Sequence record: NC_019406.1
Direction: 5' to 3' (one strand)
Length of the DNA: 64,000 bases
Shown here piece after piece: positions 23,763 through 34,800 of this stretch. Both the position numbers and the translations under genes were made by a program. The notes below the pieces were generated by a model, which was not told the DNA's origin, searched no databases, and saw nothing but the letters and a program-made list of their open reading frames with translations. The stretch's first letter is position 1. Each line of letters opens with the position of its first letter.

Positions 23763-26700
23763 ATGGCCGATCCCGTTTCGTTCGTCGTCGCTCGGGTCGC
23801 GCAGGTCGGCGTCAGCTATCTCTTCCCCTCGGAAGGCCCTCGTCTCAAGGACTTGAAGGTCACGGCGTCGACCTATGGCGCGGCGATCCCCTGGGTCTTT
23901 GGCCTGACGCGCGTGCCCGGCAATATGATCTGGGCTAAGCCGATTCGGGAAAAGAAGAAGAAGAAGATGGCCGGCAAGGGTGGTTTCTACAACCAGTACA
24001 CCTACTACGGCACCTTCGCGATGGGTCTCTGCATGGGACCGGTCAAGTCGATCCTGCGTATCTGGGCCGACGGCAAGTTGATCTACGACTTGACCAACGG
24101 CTTCGACCGTAAGGACCAGGACGACATGACGATCAAGCAGACCCTCCAGTCTGCGATCAACAACCCCCAAACCGTCTCGCCCAAGTACCGAATCCGCATG
24201 TACATGGGGGATGAGGAGCAACTGCCTGACTCCGCCATGGAGCAATACTTGGGCGCTGGCAACGCGCCGGCGTTCCGGGGCATGTGCTACCTCATGTTCG
24301 ACGATGTCCCTCTGGCTGACTTCGGGAACCGCTTCCCGCAAATCACCGCTGAGGTGTTCGTCGGCTCCACCGAGAATAACGCCCAGGTCATTCCGCTGAC
24401 CCTGTTCGACGGCACCACGCCGATCGACACCGACTATGCGCCGGGCGAAGCCATCTTCGATTGGGAGCGTAGTTTCGCCTACCTGCGCTACGACGACACG
24501 ATGGCGCAGATCAACCTGCGCACCTCCAAGCAGAACCAGCTTTTCACCAACGAGAACTTCCGTTTCCCTGATGGCGGTGGTCTCGATAAGCTGCTTTGCG
24601 CCGGCCGCGACAGTTCACTCTACGTCAATTTCGACTCGGCGACTGGCGGAACGGGCCGGTTCGCGCGTCTTGATCCCTACTCGCTGCAATGCCTCGCGGT
24701 GAAGGACTACCCGTCCGAAGTCGTGGCCGCAACGACGGCCTACGACAACCAATCGATCGAGCACGTACTGACCGTCTCGGCCGATGGGACGACGAAGTGC
24801 TTGAAGAAGGCGGACCTGAGTGAAGAATGGTCGCTGACCCTGCCGGGCAGCATCTTCAAGGTGTGCGCTCGGGACGCGGACGCAACGGGCAAGCCGACCT
24901 TCTTCGTTTTTCATGGTGACGGCGGAACCAATCTCTATCTGGCGCGCGTCCGGGACGGCGCCTACGAGGACGTGTGGGCTGGCTGGGCGCCCGACACGAC
25001 GATGCCCAGCGCCATTCTCTGGGACAGCGCCGTTCCAGGCGTGATCATGTTCTGGCATGATGGCGCCGCGCCCAATTCGAGTGTCGCGAAGTGGTCGGAG
25101 GACTCCAACTCGGAGGTCTGGCACCACAGCATCGTCGGCTACCCTGACGTCTTTGACGGTCAGTCGCGTTTGCTCAATCAGGTTCTTGCGTGGCAGGTTG
25201 ACGGTCGCCTGTTCGTGATCGACACGAATACCGGCTACTATCGCGACGACATCGTCGATCCGGGCACTGGCGAAGTCAACGGCGACGTAGGTGAGATCGA
25301 CTGGCAGGACTACCTGGATCGGTATCCGGACGTCAACGCCGCCTATTACGCCGGCGGTTACGAGGTCGCGGCCTCGCCGACGGACTTCGCGCAATGGCAC
25401 TATCAGCACTACGGCGAGGATGAAGGTCGTACGGTCACCTATATCGGTGACAATCAAGGCCAAGGCTTTGCGCTTCCGCCGGAATACGCCGGCATTTCCA
25501 GCAAGCTGCAAGGCTACGATGGCTTGCGTGCCGCTCTGGTCTGCCTGGACGGTATCGAAGGCTCTGCCGGCATCACCACGACGGGCGTGGGTGTGAGCGT
25601 CGGCACGGTCATCCAGCGTATGTTGACTGAAGGCGGGCTGACGCCTGCGCAGATGGCGCTCGATCCTCTCTACAAGATCGGCCTGCGCGGGTACGGCTGG
25701 GCCTCGGGCACGGACATCAAGTCGATCGTGGAGGAGTTGAAGCGCCTCTATCTGTTCGATCTTGTCGAGAGTGAGGGCATCATCGTTGCGATCATGCGCG
25801 GCAATCCCGACAACGGCTTGGGCGAGCCCGACATCACGATCCCGCAGAACGTCCTGGGCTCTTCGAGCCCCGAGGCTATGGACTTCTGGCAGGAGACGCG
25901 TGCCCAGGAAGCCGACCTGCCGTTCAACGTCACTCTGGCCTACATGAATTGGGAACAGGACTATGAGACGGGCACGGCCCGCTCGCAACGGATCAGCAAT
26001 CCGTTCCCGACCATGTTCTCGCGCCAACAACTGGCGCTAGAGATGAACGTCGTGATGACGCCGACCGAAGCCAAGGTCCAGGCCAACAAGATTCTGTACG
26101 CCCAATGGTATGAACGCACGCAGCACGTGTCCCGTCTGCCTTGGGCGTATCTCGCCATTGACCCAGCGGACATCATTCAGGTTCACATGAATGATGGGCG
26201 TTCCTATATCGACCGGCTGCACCGAACCGAACTTGGCGCCGACTTCTCGATCGCGACCGAAAGCTACAGCCAGGACAGTGGCGCGTACGCCGAGTGGGAG
26301 GACTTCATCAATGGCGACGGCGGCGCGGGGACGGGCACGTCGATCGTCGACGATGCGCCGCAAGTCTCGTTGCCCTTTATCCTGAATACGCCCCTACTGC
26401 GTGACCAGGACGACACGGGCGGGTCCTTCTCGACCTACTACGTCGGTCTGGGCAACGGTTCGCCCGGTGTGTGGAAGGGCGCCTCGCTCTACCGCTCGAC
26501 CAACAATCTCGACTACGATCTGATTGACTCCGGGGCCAGCGATGTCGAATGGGGGACCGTGATTGGCAAGCTGCCGCCGCCGCCGGCCAGCGCCTTCGCG
26601 GTGGACTGGAAGACCAAGCTGACCATCCTGCCGGCGGTTAGCTGGTTCGACGTCGACTCGATCACGGACGATGATCTCTGGCTGGGCGCAAACGCCTGCA

Positions 26701-27359
26701 TGGTCGGCGACGAAGTGATCCAGTTCCGAGACGTCGTGGAAAATGAGGATGGGACCTGGACGCTGTCGACGCTTCTGCGCGGCCGGCGCGGGACCGAATA
26801 CGCCTGCGACAATCACGTAGCCGGTGAACGTTTCATCTTCCTCGACTCCAACACGATCGTCGAGCAAGGGGACCTGATCAATTCGCGTGGACAGGCTCGA
26901 TTCTTCAAGGGCGTCGGTAACGGCAAGTCGCTGCAAGACGCCACGACGATTCAGATCGCCTACGAACCTCGCGACCTGATGCCCTATGCGCCCAAGGATA
27001 TTCGACGGGAGTTCTCCACGGCCGGCATTGAAGTTTCATGGTCGCGACGCACCCGGTTTGGCGGGAACATGGTGGATGGCACGGGCGAAGTGCCCCTGGT
27101 TGAGAAGTCGGAGCGCTATGAGGCGTATGTGCTTTCGGGGCCGTTTGAGGGCGACCTGTCGCGTGGCGTGGCACCGACCAATTACCTCCACAAGTACGAG
27201 GTGACCGAGCCGCGCTTCACTTACAACCTCTTGTCTCAAGGGCTGGACAGTTTCAACCCCACGACGGACACCCTGTACGTTGTGATCTATCAGTTGTCGG
27301 ATGCCGTGGGTCGCGGCTTCCCCGGCGTTCGCGCCATCCCCCCGTACACCGAGTTCTAG
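23763..27359 (+). CDS. central tail fibre / tip protein, paralog 1 (GTA megatron-like)
   Basis: STYGAAIP..FG..RV.GN.IW, PAFRG.CY, DEVIQF, LLRGRRGT motifs. Confidence 0.88.
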   Translation: MADPVSFVVARVAQVGVSYLFPSEGPRLKDLKVTASTYGAAIPWVFGLTRVPGNMIWAKPIREKKKKKMAGKGGFYNQYTYYGTFAMGLCMGPVKSILRIWADGKLIYDLTNGFDRKDQDDMTIKQTLQSAINNPQTVSPKYRIRMYMGDEEQLPDSAMEQYLGAGNAPAFRGMCYLMFDDVPLADFGNRFPQITAEVFVGSTENNAQVIPLTLFDGTTPIDTDYAPGEAIFDWERSFAYLRYDDTMAQINLRTSKQNQLFTNENFRFPDGGGLDKLLCAGRDSSLYVNFDSATGGTGRFARLDPYSLQCLAVKDYPSEVVAATTAYDNQSIEHVLTVSADGTTKCLKKADLSEEWSLTLPGSIFKVCARDADATGKPTFFVFHGDGGTNLYLARVRDGAYEDVWAGWAPDTTMPSAILWDSAVPGVIMFWHDGAAPNSSVAKWSEDSNSEVWHHSIVGYPDVFDGQSRLLNQVLAWQVDGRLFVIDTNTGYYRDDIVDPGTGEVNGDVGEIDWQDYLDRYPDVNAAYYAGGYEVAASPTDFAQWHYQHYGEDEGRTVTYIGDNQGQGFALPPEYAGISSKLQGYDGLRAALVCLDGIEGSAGITTTGVGVSVGTVIQRMLTEGGLTPAQMALDPLYKIGLRGYGWASGTDIKSIVEELKRLYLFDLVESEGIIVAIMRGNPDNGLGEPDITIPQNVLGSSSPEAMDFWQETRAQEADLPFNVTLAYMNWEQDYETGTARSQRISNPFPTMFSRQQLALEMNVVMTPTEAKVQANKILYAQWYERTQHVSRLPWAYLAIDPADIIQVHMNDGRSYIDRLHRTELGADFSIATESYSQDSGAYAEWEDFINGDGGAGTGTSIVDDAPQVSLPFILNTPLLRDQDDTGGSFSTYYVGLGNGSPGVWKGASLYRSTNNLDYDLIDSGASDVEWGTVIGKLPPPPASAFAVDWKTKLTILPAVSWFDVDSITDDDLWLGANACMVGDEVIQFRDVVENEDGTWTLSTLLRGRRGTEYACDNHVAGERFIFLDSNTIVEQGDLINSRGQARFFKGVGNGKSLQDATTIQIAYEPRDLMPYAPKDIRREFSTAGIEVSWSRRTRFGGNMVDGTGEVPLVEKSERYEAYVLSGPFEGDLSRGVAPTNYLHKYEVTEPRFTYNLLSQGLDSFNPTTDTLYVVIYQLSDAVGRGFPGVRAIPPYTEF

Positions 27360-27360
27360 A

Positions 27361-30300
27361 ATGGCCGATCCTATTTCGTTTGCCGTCGGCACGGTCGCCA
27401 CCATGGGGGTGAGCTACCTGTTCCCGTCCGAAGGTCCGCGCATCAAGGACTTGAAGATCAGCGCCTCGACGTACGGAGCCCAGATTCCGAATGTCTTCGG
27501 GGTCACGCGCGTGCCCGGCAACATGATCTGGTCGAACAAGATTCGTGAAAAGAAGCGCAAGAAGATGGTTGGGAAGGGCGGCTTCTACAACCAATATCAA
27601 TATTTCTGCACGTTCGCGATGGGCTTTTGCTACGGGCCGATCACGATGCTTCGCAAGCTCTGGGCTGACGGCAAGCTCATCTTTGATGCGAGCGGAGAGT
27701 CTGAGCTTGAGACTAAGCATAACTATAAGCTGAACATCTACACGGGCAGCGAAGAGCAGTACCCCGATCCGATCATGGAGTCGATCGTCGGTGAGGGTAA
27801 CACGCCGGCATATCGCGGCCTGTGCTATGTCGTGTTCGACGACATGCCACTCGACGATTTTGGTAATCGTATTCCGCAGTTGACCGCCGAAGTCTTCAAT
27901 GGCGAAGGTGTCATTGTCGCGGACGGTCCTGATATTGTTTTCCAGAATCCGGAACCGGAAGAGAACACTGGCGACAATCGACCGCCTGTAAGCAGCACCT
28001 ATCAGATCAACCAGATCGGCGTCGACACTTTCGGCGGCTATTTCTACCTGATCGACAAGGATCACCCGCTGCCCATTATTCGTCAATTCCGAATTTCGGA
28101 TGGTCAAGAGTGCGGGCGATTCCAGTTTGTAACTCCGCGAACTGATTTCTGCTATGAGTTCAGCTACGACTCCCAGACGATTGATCAGATCGTCGGGGTT
28201 ACCCCTCGGGGCGAACTCTTGTGCTCGATCAGCCTGAACAACAACGTTGCTTACTGCATGATCGACCTGATCACCGGTGATCTAGGCGTACACGGGACCA
28301 CGGACCCTTTTGGCGGACGCAATTGCGGATACGGTACCGGCACGCCGCCGGGCAACGGCTCAAACTATCACGCAATCTCTGTCAGCAGTTCCGGCATGGC
28401 CGAGTTGGGGATCAGCGGCCTCTTCGGAGATGTCTCTATTTACGACTGCACCAGTATTTTGGCGTTTAATGCGAATCCTCAGCAGACGGCAACCACGCAC
28501 TATGGGCGTTCTTCAGTTATTGTGGGCGCGTACGGTGCGTCGACCTGCCATTTCTTCTTGCCGCACGTAGATTCCGAAAACTCGAACGTCATCACGATTA
28601 AGCGCGCTACGCGCAGCTACGACCAAATCGGCGTATCTGATGTGGGATTTATTCAACCCTTTGGACCTCAGGACCCCAATTACGGGTTCGGGCATATCAT
28701 CGTTTTCAACGCGGTCTACGACACCACGGACGGCGGCGTGCTCGTGATGTTCACGGCGCGTAAGGCGGACGGCACGAACGGCGAATACTTTGCAAAGTGG
28801 TCGGGTATCACTGGCCGGCAGCTTTGGGTCAAGGAAGTGCCGATCGAAGCGCCGGGCGTCTATCCGCGCGTCGGCACTGCGCACCAGGGGCAATATGCCT
28901 TCGTGCTGCCCCTGAATTCGCACGTACTGTATCCGACTGTCTGGATCATCGACACGATGACGGGTGATTGGAAGGCGATGTCGGTCTCCGAGCAGCCGTC
29001 CTTCGTGAGCTATACCGATGAAACGGAGAGCGAAGTGATCGTCGATCAGGCAGCCTACACGGGCTACCCGATCAAGGATACGGTGTTCATTGGCTACGAT
29101 ATGCAGTATTACGACCCGGTCCGGCAAGCGGTCATCACGCTCGGCTCCGGAGGTACTGACAAGATCGTCAAGATCGGTCCGGAGATTGGTTCGACGACTC
29201 TCGGCGCGATCGTGCGCAGCGTGCTCAAGCGGGGAGGCCTTACCAACCAGCACATGGACATGTCGCGCCTGGAGTCAACTCATGTCTGGGGGTACGGGTG
29301 GGCCGCCGCGACCGACATCAAGTCGGTCCTGGAAGAACTCCAACGCGTTTACCTCTTCGATATCGTCGAGAGCGAAGGCAAGCTGGTCGGCGTGATGCGG
29401 TCTACGGGTTCCGATGAGGATTTCCCTGGCTCGACGGTCGTGACCATCAAGCAGGGCGCCCTGGGCTCCACTAGCCCCGAACTCGCCGACTTCTGGCAAG
29501 AGACCCGCATCCAGGAAGCGGACCTGCCGGCGAAGATCAACTTCACCTACATGAACCTGGACGCGGACTACCAGCCCGCTACCGCCTACTCCAAGCGGAT
29601 CAGCGACCCGGCTCCGACGATGTTCTCCTCGCAGCAGGTGGCGATCGAGATCAACATCGTCATGAAGCCGTCCGAGGCCAAGACCCAGGCAAACCGTGCG
29701 CTCTACGCCCAATGGGCCGAGCGCACGATGCACAAGACGATCCTACCCTGGGCCTATCTGCGCCTGGACCCGGCGGACCTGATCACCGTCGAGATGGATG
29801 ACGGTCGTTCCTATCGGGAGCGCTTGCATCATACCGAGATCGGCGCCGACTTCTCCATCCAGTCCGAAACCTACGGGCAGGACAGTGGAGCCTATGACAT
29901 CGTCCGTGAAGGCGATGGCGGCGGCGTGCCTTCTCAGCCTATCAAGGCGCCCGGCACGATCACCGGCTTCATCATCAACACGCCCCTCTTGCGGGACCAG
30001 GACGATACCGGCGGGTCCTCCAGCCGCTATTACGCGGCGCTCGGCAACGCGAGCGGTGACGGGTGGCGCGGCGGGGAACTGTGGCGCGCAGAATCGCTTC
30101 CCAACTTCGATCAGATCGATACGCCGATCAACGAGGCTGAATGGGGTCATGTCGCGAGCATCTTGCCGCCGCCGCGTCACGGTCATTTCGCCTTGGATTG
30201 GGAAAACAAGCTCACGATCTGGCCCGGCGTAAAGTGGTTCGAACTCGATTCGATCACCGACGACGAACTGTGGGCCGGCGGAAATGCGGCGCTTGTTGGC

Positions 30301-30951
30301 GATGAGGTGATCCAATTCCGTGACGTGCGCGAGAATGACGACGGCTCCTGGACCGTCTGGAATCTGTTGCGCGGTCGGCGGGGGACGGAATACGCAACCC
30401 ACACCCATAAGCAGAGCGAAAAGTTCCTGTACTTGCTGAACGAGAATTCTATCGCTCCCGAAGGAGAAATGATCGACACGCGTGGACAGAAGCGCTACTA
30501 TAAGGCCGTCGCTTATGGTCGGACGATCGCGGAAACGCCGCTGATCACCGTCGACTACGAGCCTCGCGATCTGATGCCGTATGCTCCCAAGGACATCCGG
30601 CGCGAATTCACCTCTGACGGACGCATCGAAGTTTCCTGGGCGCGACGTACGCGCATGGGCGGCAACATGCAGGATTACGTGGGCGAGGTCCCTGTAAACG
30701 AGGCTGCCGAGAAGTACGAGGTCTATTTCTACAAGACCCCCTTCATTGGTGATCTGTCGCGCGGCGGGCAGGTTCAGCCTGACTATTTCCACTCGGCGGT
30801 GGTCACTGAACCGCACTACAGCTTCCTGCCCGATCCGACCCAATTTGCCAGTAATCTTGACACGTTGACGGTCGTGGTTTACCAAATTTCTGCGACGGTC
30901 GGTCGTGGATTCCCAGGCACTCGCGATATCGAACCCTGGCAGGACTTCTAG
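27361..30951 (+). CDS. central tail fibre / tip protein, paralog 2
   Basis: Same N- and C-terminal motifs as paralog 1, unrelated middle; ATG at 27361. Confidence 0.88.
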   Translation: MADPISFAVGTVATMGVSYLFPSEGPRIKDLKISASTYGAQIPNVFGVTRVPGNMIWSNKIREKKRKKMVGKGGFYNQYQYFCTFAMGFCYGPITMLRKLWADGKLIFDASGESELETKHNYKLNIYTGSEEQYPDPIMESIVGEGNTPAYRGLCYVVFDDMPLDDFGNRIPQLTAEVFNGEGVIVADGPDIVFQNPEPEENTGDNRPPVSSTYQINQIGVDTFGGYFYLIDKDHPLPIIRQFRISDGQECGRFQFVTPRTDFCYEFSYDSQTIDQIVGVTPRGELLCSISLNNNVAYCMIDLITGDLGVHGTTDPFGGRNCGYGTGTPPGNGSNYHAISVSSSGMAELGISGLFGDVSIYDCTSILAFNANPQQTATTHYGRSSVIVGAYGASTCHFFLPHVDSENSNVITIKRATRSYDQIGVSDVGFIQPFGPQDPNYGFGHIIVFNAVYDTTDGGVLVMFTARKADGTNGEYFAKWSGITGRQLWVKEVPIEAPGVYPRVGTAHQGQYAFVLPLNSHVLYPTVWIIDTMTGDWKAMSVSEQPSFVSYTDETESEVIVDQAAYTGYPIKDTVFIGYDMQYYDPVRQAVITLGSGGTDKIVKIGPEIGSTTLGAIVRSVLKRGGLTNQHMDMSRLESTHVWGYGWAAATDIKSVLEELQRVYLFDIVESEGKLVGVMRSTGSDEDFPGSTVVTIKQGALGSTSPELADFWQETRIQEADLPAKINFTYMNLDADYQPATAYSKRISDPAPTMFSSQQVAIEINIVMKPSEAKTQANRALYAQWAERTMHKTILPWAYLRLDPADLITVEMDDGRSYRERLHHTEIGADFSIQSETYGQDSGAYDIVREGDGGGVPSQPIKAPGTITGFIINTPLLRDQDDTGGSSSRYYAALGNASGDGWRGGELWRAESLPNFDQIDTPINEAEWGHVASILPPPRHGHFALDWENKLTIWPGVKWFELDSITDDELWAGGNAALVGDEVIQFRDVRENDDGSWTVWNLLRGRRGTEYATHTHKQSEKFLYLLNENSIAPEGEMIDTRGQKRYYKAVAYGRTIAETPLITVDYEPRDLMPYAPKDIRREFTSDGRIEVSWARRTRMGGNMQDYVGEVPVNEAAEKYEVYFYKTPFIGDLSRGGQVQPDYFHSAVVTEPHYSFLPDPTQFASNLDTLTVVVYQISATVGRGFPGTRDIEPWQDF

Positions 30952-30999
30952 TCCGCCGGCCCTTCCACCGTCTCTGAAGAGTCACGTTTCGGTCCAAAA

Positions 31000-31833
31000 A
31001 TGACTGACTATACCTCCATCCTTCACATGCCGATGGTGGCCCCCAATCAGAACCAGAAGGAGGCCACGATCAACACCGCCTTGGCGATCGTCGAGGCGGC
31101 GTGCAACGACACGCTGGTGTTGACCTTGAGTGGCAACCGCGCGCTGAACGCCGAGGAGTTTACGCGCTACTTCTTCTTCAAGTTCACGGGCAATTCCGTC
31201 ACCCGGAATGTTTCGGTCCCCAACACCCCGCGCTTCTTCACGGTCTCGAACGCGGGCACGGCCTCGATCAATCTGGACGTCATTGGCGGCAGTGACACGC
31301 CTGTGGTCATCGAAGCCGACAAGCGCGTCCTGGTCTATAGTGACGGCACGCAGATCGTGGCGGTCTCCTCGGGTGTGTCGGCCCTGGGCAACCTTTCGGA
31401 CGTGACCGGAGCCGGCGATGCGAGCGCGGGGCAAGTGCTCAGCTTCGACTCGGGTTCGGGAACCTGGACGCCGACCGACAACATCGCCGATCGCGAATTC
31501 TTCACCAACGGCAAGCCGACGGCTTCACAGCGCGTCTACGCCCACACTTTCGCGCGCAACTGCCGCCTCTTCAGTGACTTCAGTGGGTCGCAAGGCCGCG
31601 CCGGCACCGCCGCCTCAGCAAACGCCGTCTTCAACGTCTACAAGGGCGCTACCCTGGTCGGCACCATGACGGTCGCGGCCGGCTCCACGGTTTTCACCTT
31701 CTCGACCGACACCGGCGGCGGCTCGACCACCGTGACCTTCGCACCCGGCGATACGCTGACGATCCGGGCGCCGTCCTCGCAGGACGCCAACCTCGCCGAT
31801 ATCTCCGTCACCCTCAAGGGCGTCTACTTCTAA
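31000..31833 (+). CDS. DUF2793-like tail fibre-associated protein
   Basis: L.LP.VAPNQNQKEATIN.AL N-terminus. Confidence 0.75.
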   Translation: MTDYTSILHMPMVAPNQNQKEATINTALAIVEAACNDTLVLTLSGNRALNAEEFTRYFFFKFTGNSVTRNVSVPNTPRFFTVSNAGTASINLDVIGGSDTPVVIEADKRVLVYSDGTQIVAVSSGVSALGNLSDVTGAGDASAGQVLSFDSGSGTWTPTDNIADREFFTNGKPTASQRVYAHTFARNCRLFSDFSGSQGRAGTAASANAVFNVYKGATLVGTMTVAAGSTVFTFSTDTGGGSTTVTFAPGDTLTIRAPSSQDANLADISVTLKGVYF

Positions 31834-31834
31834 A

Positions 31835-34800
31835 ATGACCGACTACACGCCGGACCTCCACCTTCCTCTGGTCGCGCCGAACCAGAATCAGAAGGAAGCC
31901 ACGATCAACACCGCGCTGGCCATTCTGGAGTCGGCGGCGAACGATTCGGTCACGATTTCGCTGATCTCGGGCAACCTGACGCTCAACGACGATCAGTACA
32001 CGAAGTATTTCCACCACCAGTTTGTCGACCACGCCTCGTCGCGCATCGTTTCGCTGCCGGCGACGCGTCGCTGGTTCGCTGTCGAGAACCTCGGCGGAGG
32101 CCCGATCACCTTCAAGGTGACCGGGTCTACGGGCCTGTCTGCCGAACTGCCGTCCGGCAAGATCGGATTGGTGGTCTCCGATGGAGTCGATGTGCGTTTC
32201 GTGGTTCCCGATCCGACCGGCGGGCTGGGCCTCCTGCGAGACCTGTCTGACGTCGATGGCATCCCCACGGATGGACAACTGCTGCGCTGGTATGCGGCCG
32301 ACAGCCTGTGGAAGCCCTGGACTCTGACGCTGCCCTTCAAGGGCCTGAGCGACGTCCCGAGCACCTACGTTGGCGAAGGTGGGAAGCTCCTTGCCGTCCG
32401 CATGGATGGCACCGGCATCGAGTTCGTGTCCTCGGCTGCCAACATCAATTCGTTCGTCGATCTGGACGATACGCCCAACAGCTACTCGGGCTCCGCCAAC
32501 TTCACCGTCAAGGTCAACTCCGCCGGCACGGGCCTGACCTTCGCGCTACCGCGCCTGACCGAAGCCGCCGACTTCCCCTCGAATTATACGGGCGCCGCCG
32601 GCAAGCTGCTGCGCGTCAACTCGACCGCGAACGGAGTCATGTTTGACGTCCTCAAGGTTGTCGACCTGAGCGACGGTCCTGGGGCGCCGTCTGCGCCTAA
32701 TGCCCTGCGCTACATCCGCGTCAACGCTGCGGGTAACGGCTGGGAATACGCAACGGGAACCGGTGGCCCGGATCACTTCACGCAACTCGAAGACACGCCT
32801 GACAACTACACGGGTAAGGCCAAGCAATTCCCGCGTGTCAACGACGCCGAAGATGGCCTGATCTTCTCGACCGTCAAGTTCACCGATCTCGCGGACGGGC
32901 CGGGCGCGTTCACGGGCTCGGGCAAGAAGTTCCTGCGTATCAATACGGCAGCGAACGCGATCATCTACGACGCACCGAAGGTTGAAGACCTCGCGGATGG
33001 TCCCGGTGCGCCGGCGGTGGCACACGCCAAGAAGGTGCTGCGTGTCAACACGGCTGGTAACGCGGTCGAGTACATCACGCTCAAGATTACCGACCTGGGC
33101 GGTTTCCCCTCGTCGTTTACGGGTCAGGGCGGCAAGTATCTGATCGTCAAGGGTGACGAATCGGGCATCCAGTTCACGACGGCCTCTTATACGACGAGCT
33201 TCCTGAATCTGACTGACGTACCTGCGGAATCCTATGCAGGTCTCGCCGGCCGGGCCTTCGTTGTCGACCCCACGGCCACGGGCCTCATTCCGGGTCCGAT
33301 CATCCCGACCCGCCTGGGTCAACTGGCGGATGTCGAGGACGGCACGGGCACCCCGCAGCAGGGCGACTTCCTGCGCTGGATCGACGGGGTCTGGCAAGCC
33401 GATCCGTTCCCGGTCACGGGTGGCGGAGGCGGCGGCGCGACCGAACTGGCTGAACTGACGGACGTCGAGATTGCTGCATCGGACCCGCCGCAGGATGGTC
33501 AGGTTCTGGGCTTCAGCGCCGCGACCGGTAAGTGGACGCCGACGACCGTGCAGACGACGGTCGTCTCAGACCTGGATGATCTGGCGGACGTTACGATCAC
33601 CTCGCCGGTCAATGGGCAGATCATGGTCTACCGTGATGGCGAGTGGGTCAACGAGGACCCCGCCAGCCAGGGCGTGCCTTCGAATGGCTCGCATATCTAC
33701 TGGCGGTTGCTGCTGCACGCTACCGACGGCTCGACCGTTCAATACGGCATCCAGGAAATCCAGTTCAAGCAGTCCAAGTTTGGGCCGGATTTGGCGAATG
33801 GCGGCACGGCCTCGGCGAGCACGGACGAATTCGGCACCGCGAGCGGCGCCTTCGATAACGTGATCAGCGGGGCTTGGTTCTCGACCACGGCCGCCGACGG
33901 CCAATGGATCAAGTATCAGTTCCCGACGCCGGCTGAAGTGCGATACATGACGATCCAGGGATCGCAGTCGCAGCCGAACACGTCGCCGTCGGCCTTCTCG
34001 GTCCAATGGTCGGATAACGACGCTGATTGGACGACCGCCTGGGAAGTCACCGGGCAAACGGGCTGGGCGCCGGGCCAGACGCGCGAGTTTCACGCGCCGA
34101 TCGACCTCTACTTCACCGATCTGGCTGACGCGCCGCAATCCTACATCGGACAGGCCGCCAAGTTGCTGCGCGTCAAGGGCGACAGCAGCGGCCTGGAATT
34201 CTTCACGCTGTTCGTGCCGACGACGCTTGGCCAACTGGCAGACGTGGAAGACGCCACGGGTACGCCGCAGGACGGCTATGTCCTGACTTACAAGGATGGG
34301 GTTTGGCAAGCTGAGCCGCCGGCTGGAGGCTCCGGAGGCGGTGGCGGTGCGTCCGCCTTCATCGACCTGACTGACGCTCCTTCAAGCTACGCCGGCGAGG
34401 GTGGCAACGCCGTGCGGGTCAAGATGACCGAAGACGGCCTGGAGTTCTACTCCCCAGGTACGGGAGGAGGAGGCGGAGGTGGCTGGCGAGGAGGTTGGGC
34501 GGCGGGAGCCGAGCAAGTCTTCATCACCTTCGATGACGGCATGCTCAATCCGGCCTTCAGCTATGACGCCAGTGGGTTCTCGGTCGTCAACCAACCGGAC
34601 TCTGTGGCTGGGACGACCTACGCTCTGAAGTTCCGCCCGATCGGCAATGGAGCCTCCTGTTACTGCGAACTCCCGATCGAGGACGTGGTCAACGCCGCCA
34701 ACCTCAAGGTCCGCTATAAGGTCTCCTCCGAAGGTCCGGATTATTTCCGTATCCTCCAGGACGGCTCTCAGGTTCTCCAGGACAGTGGTAACACGGGGCT

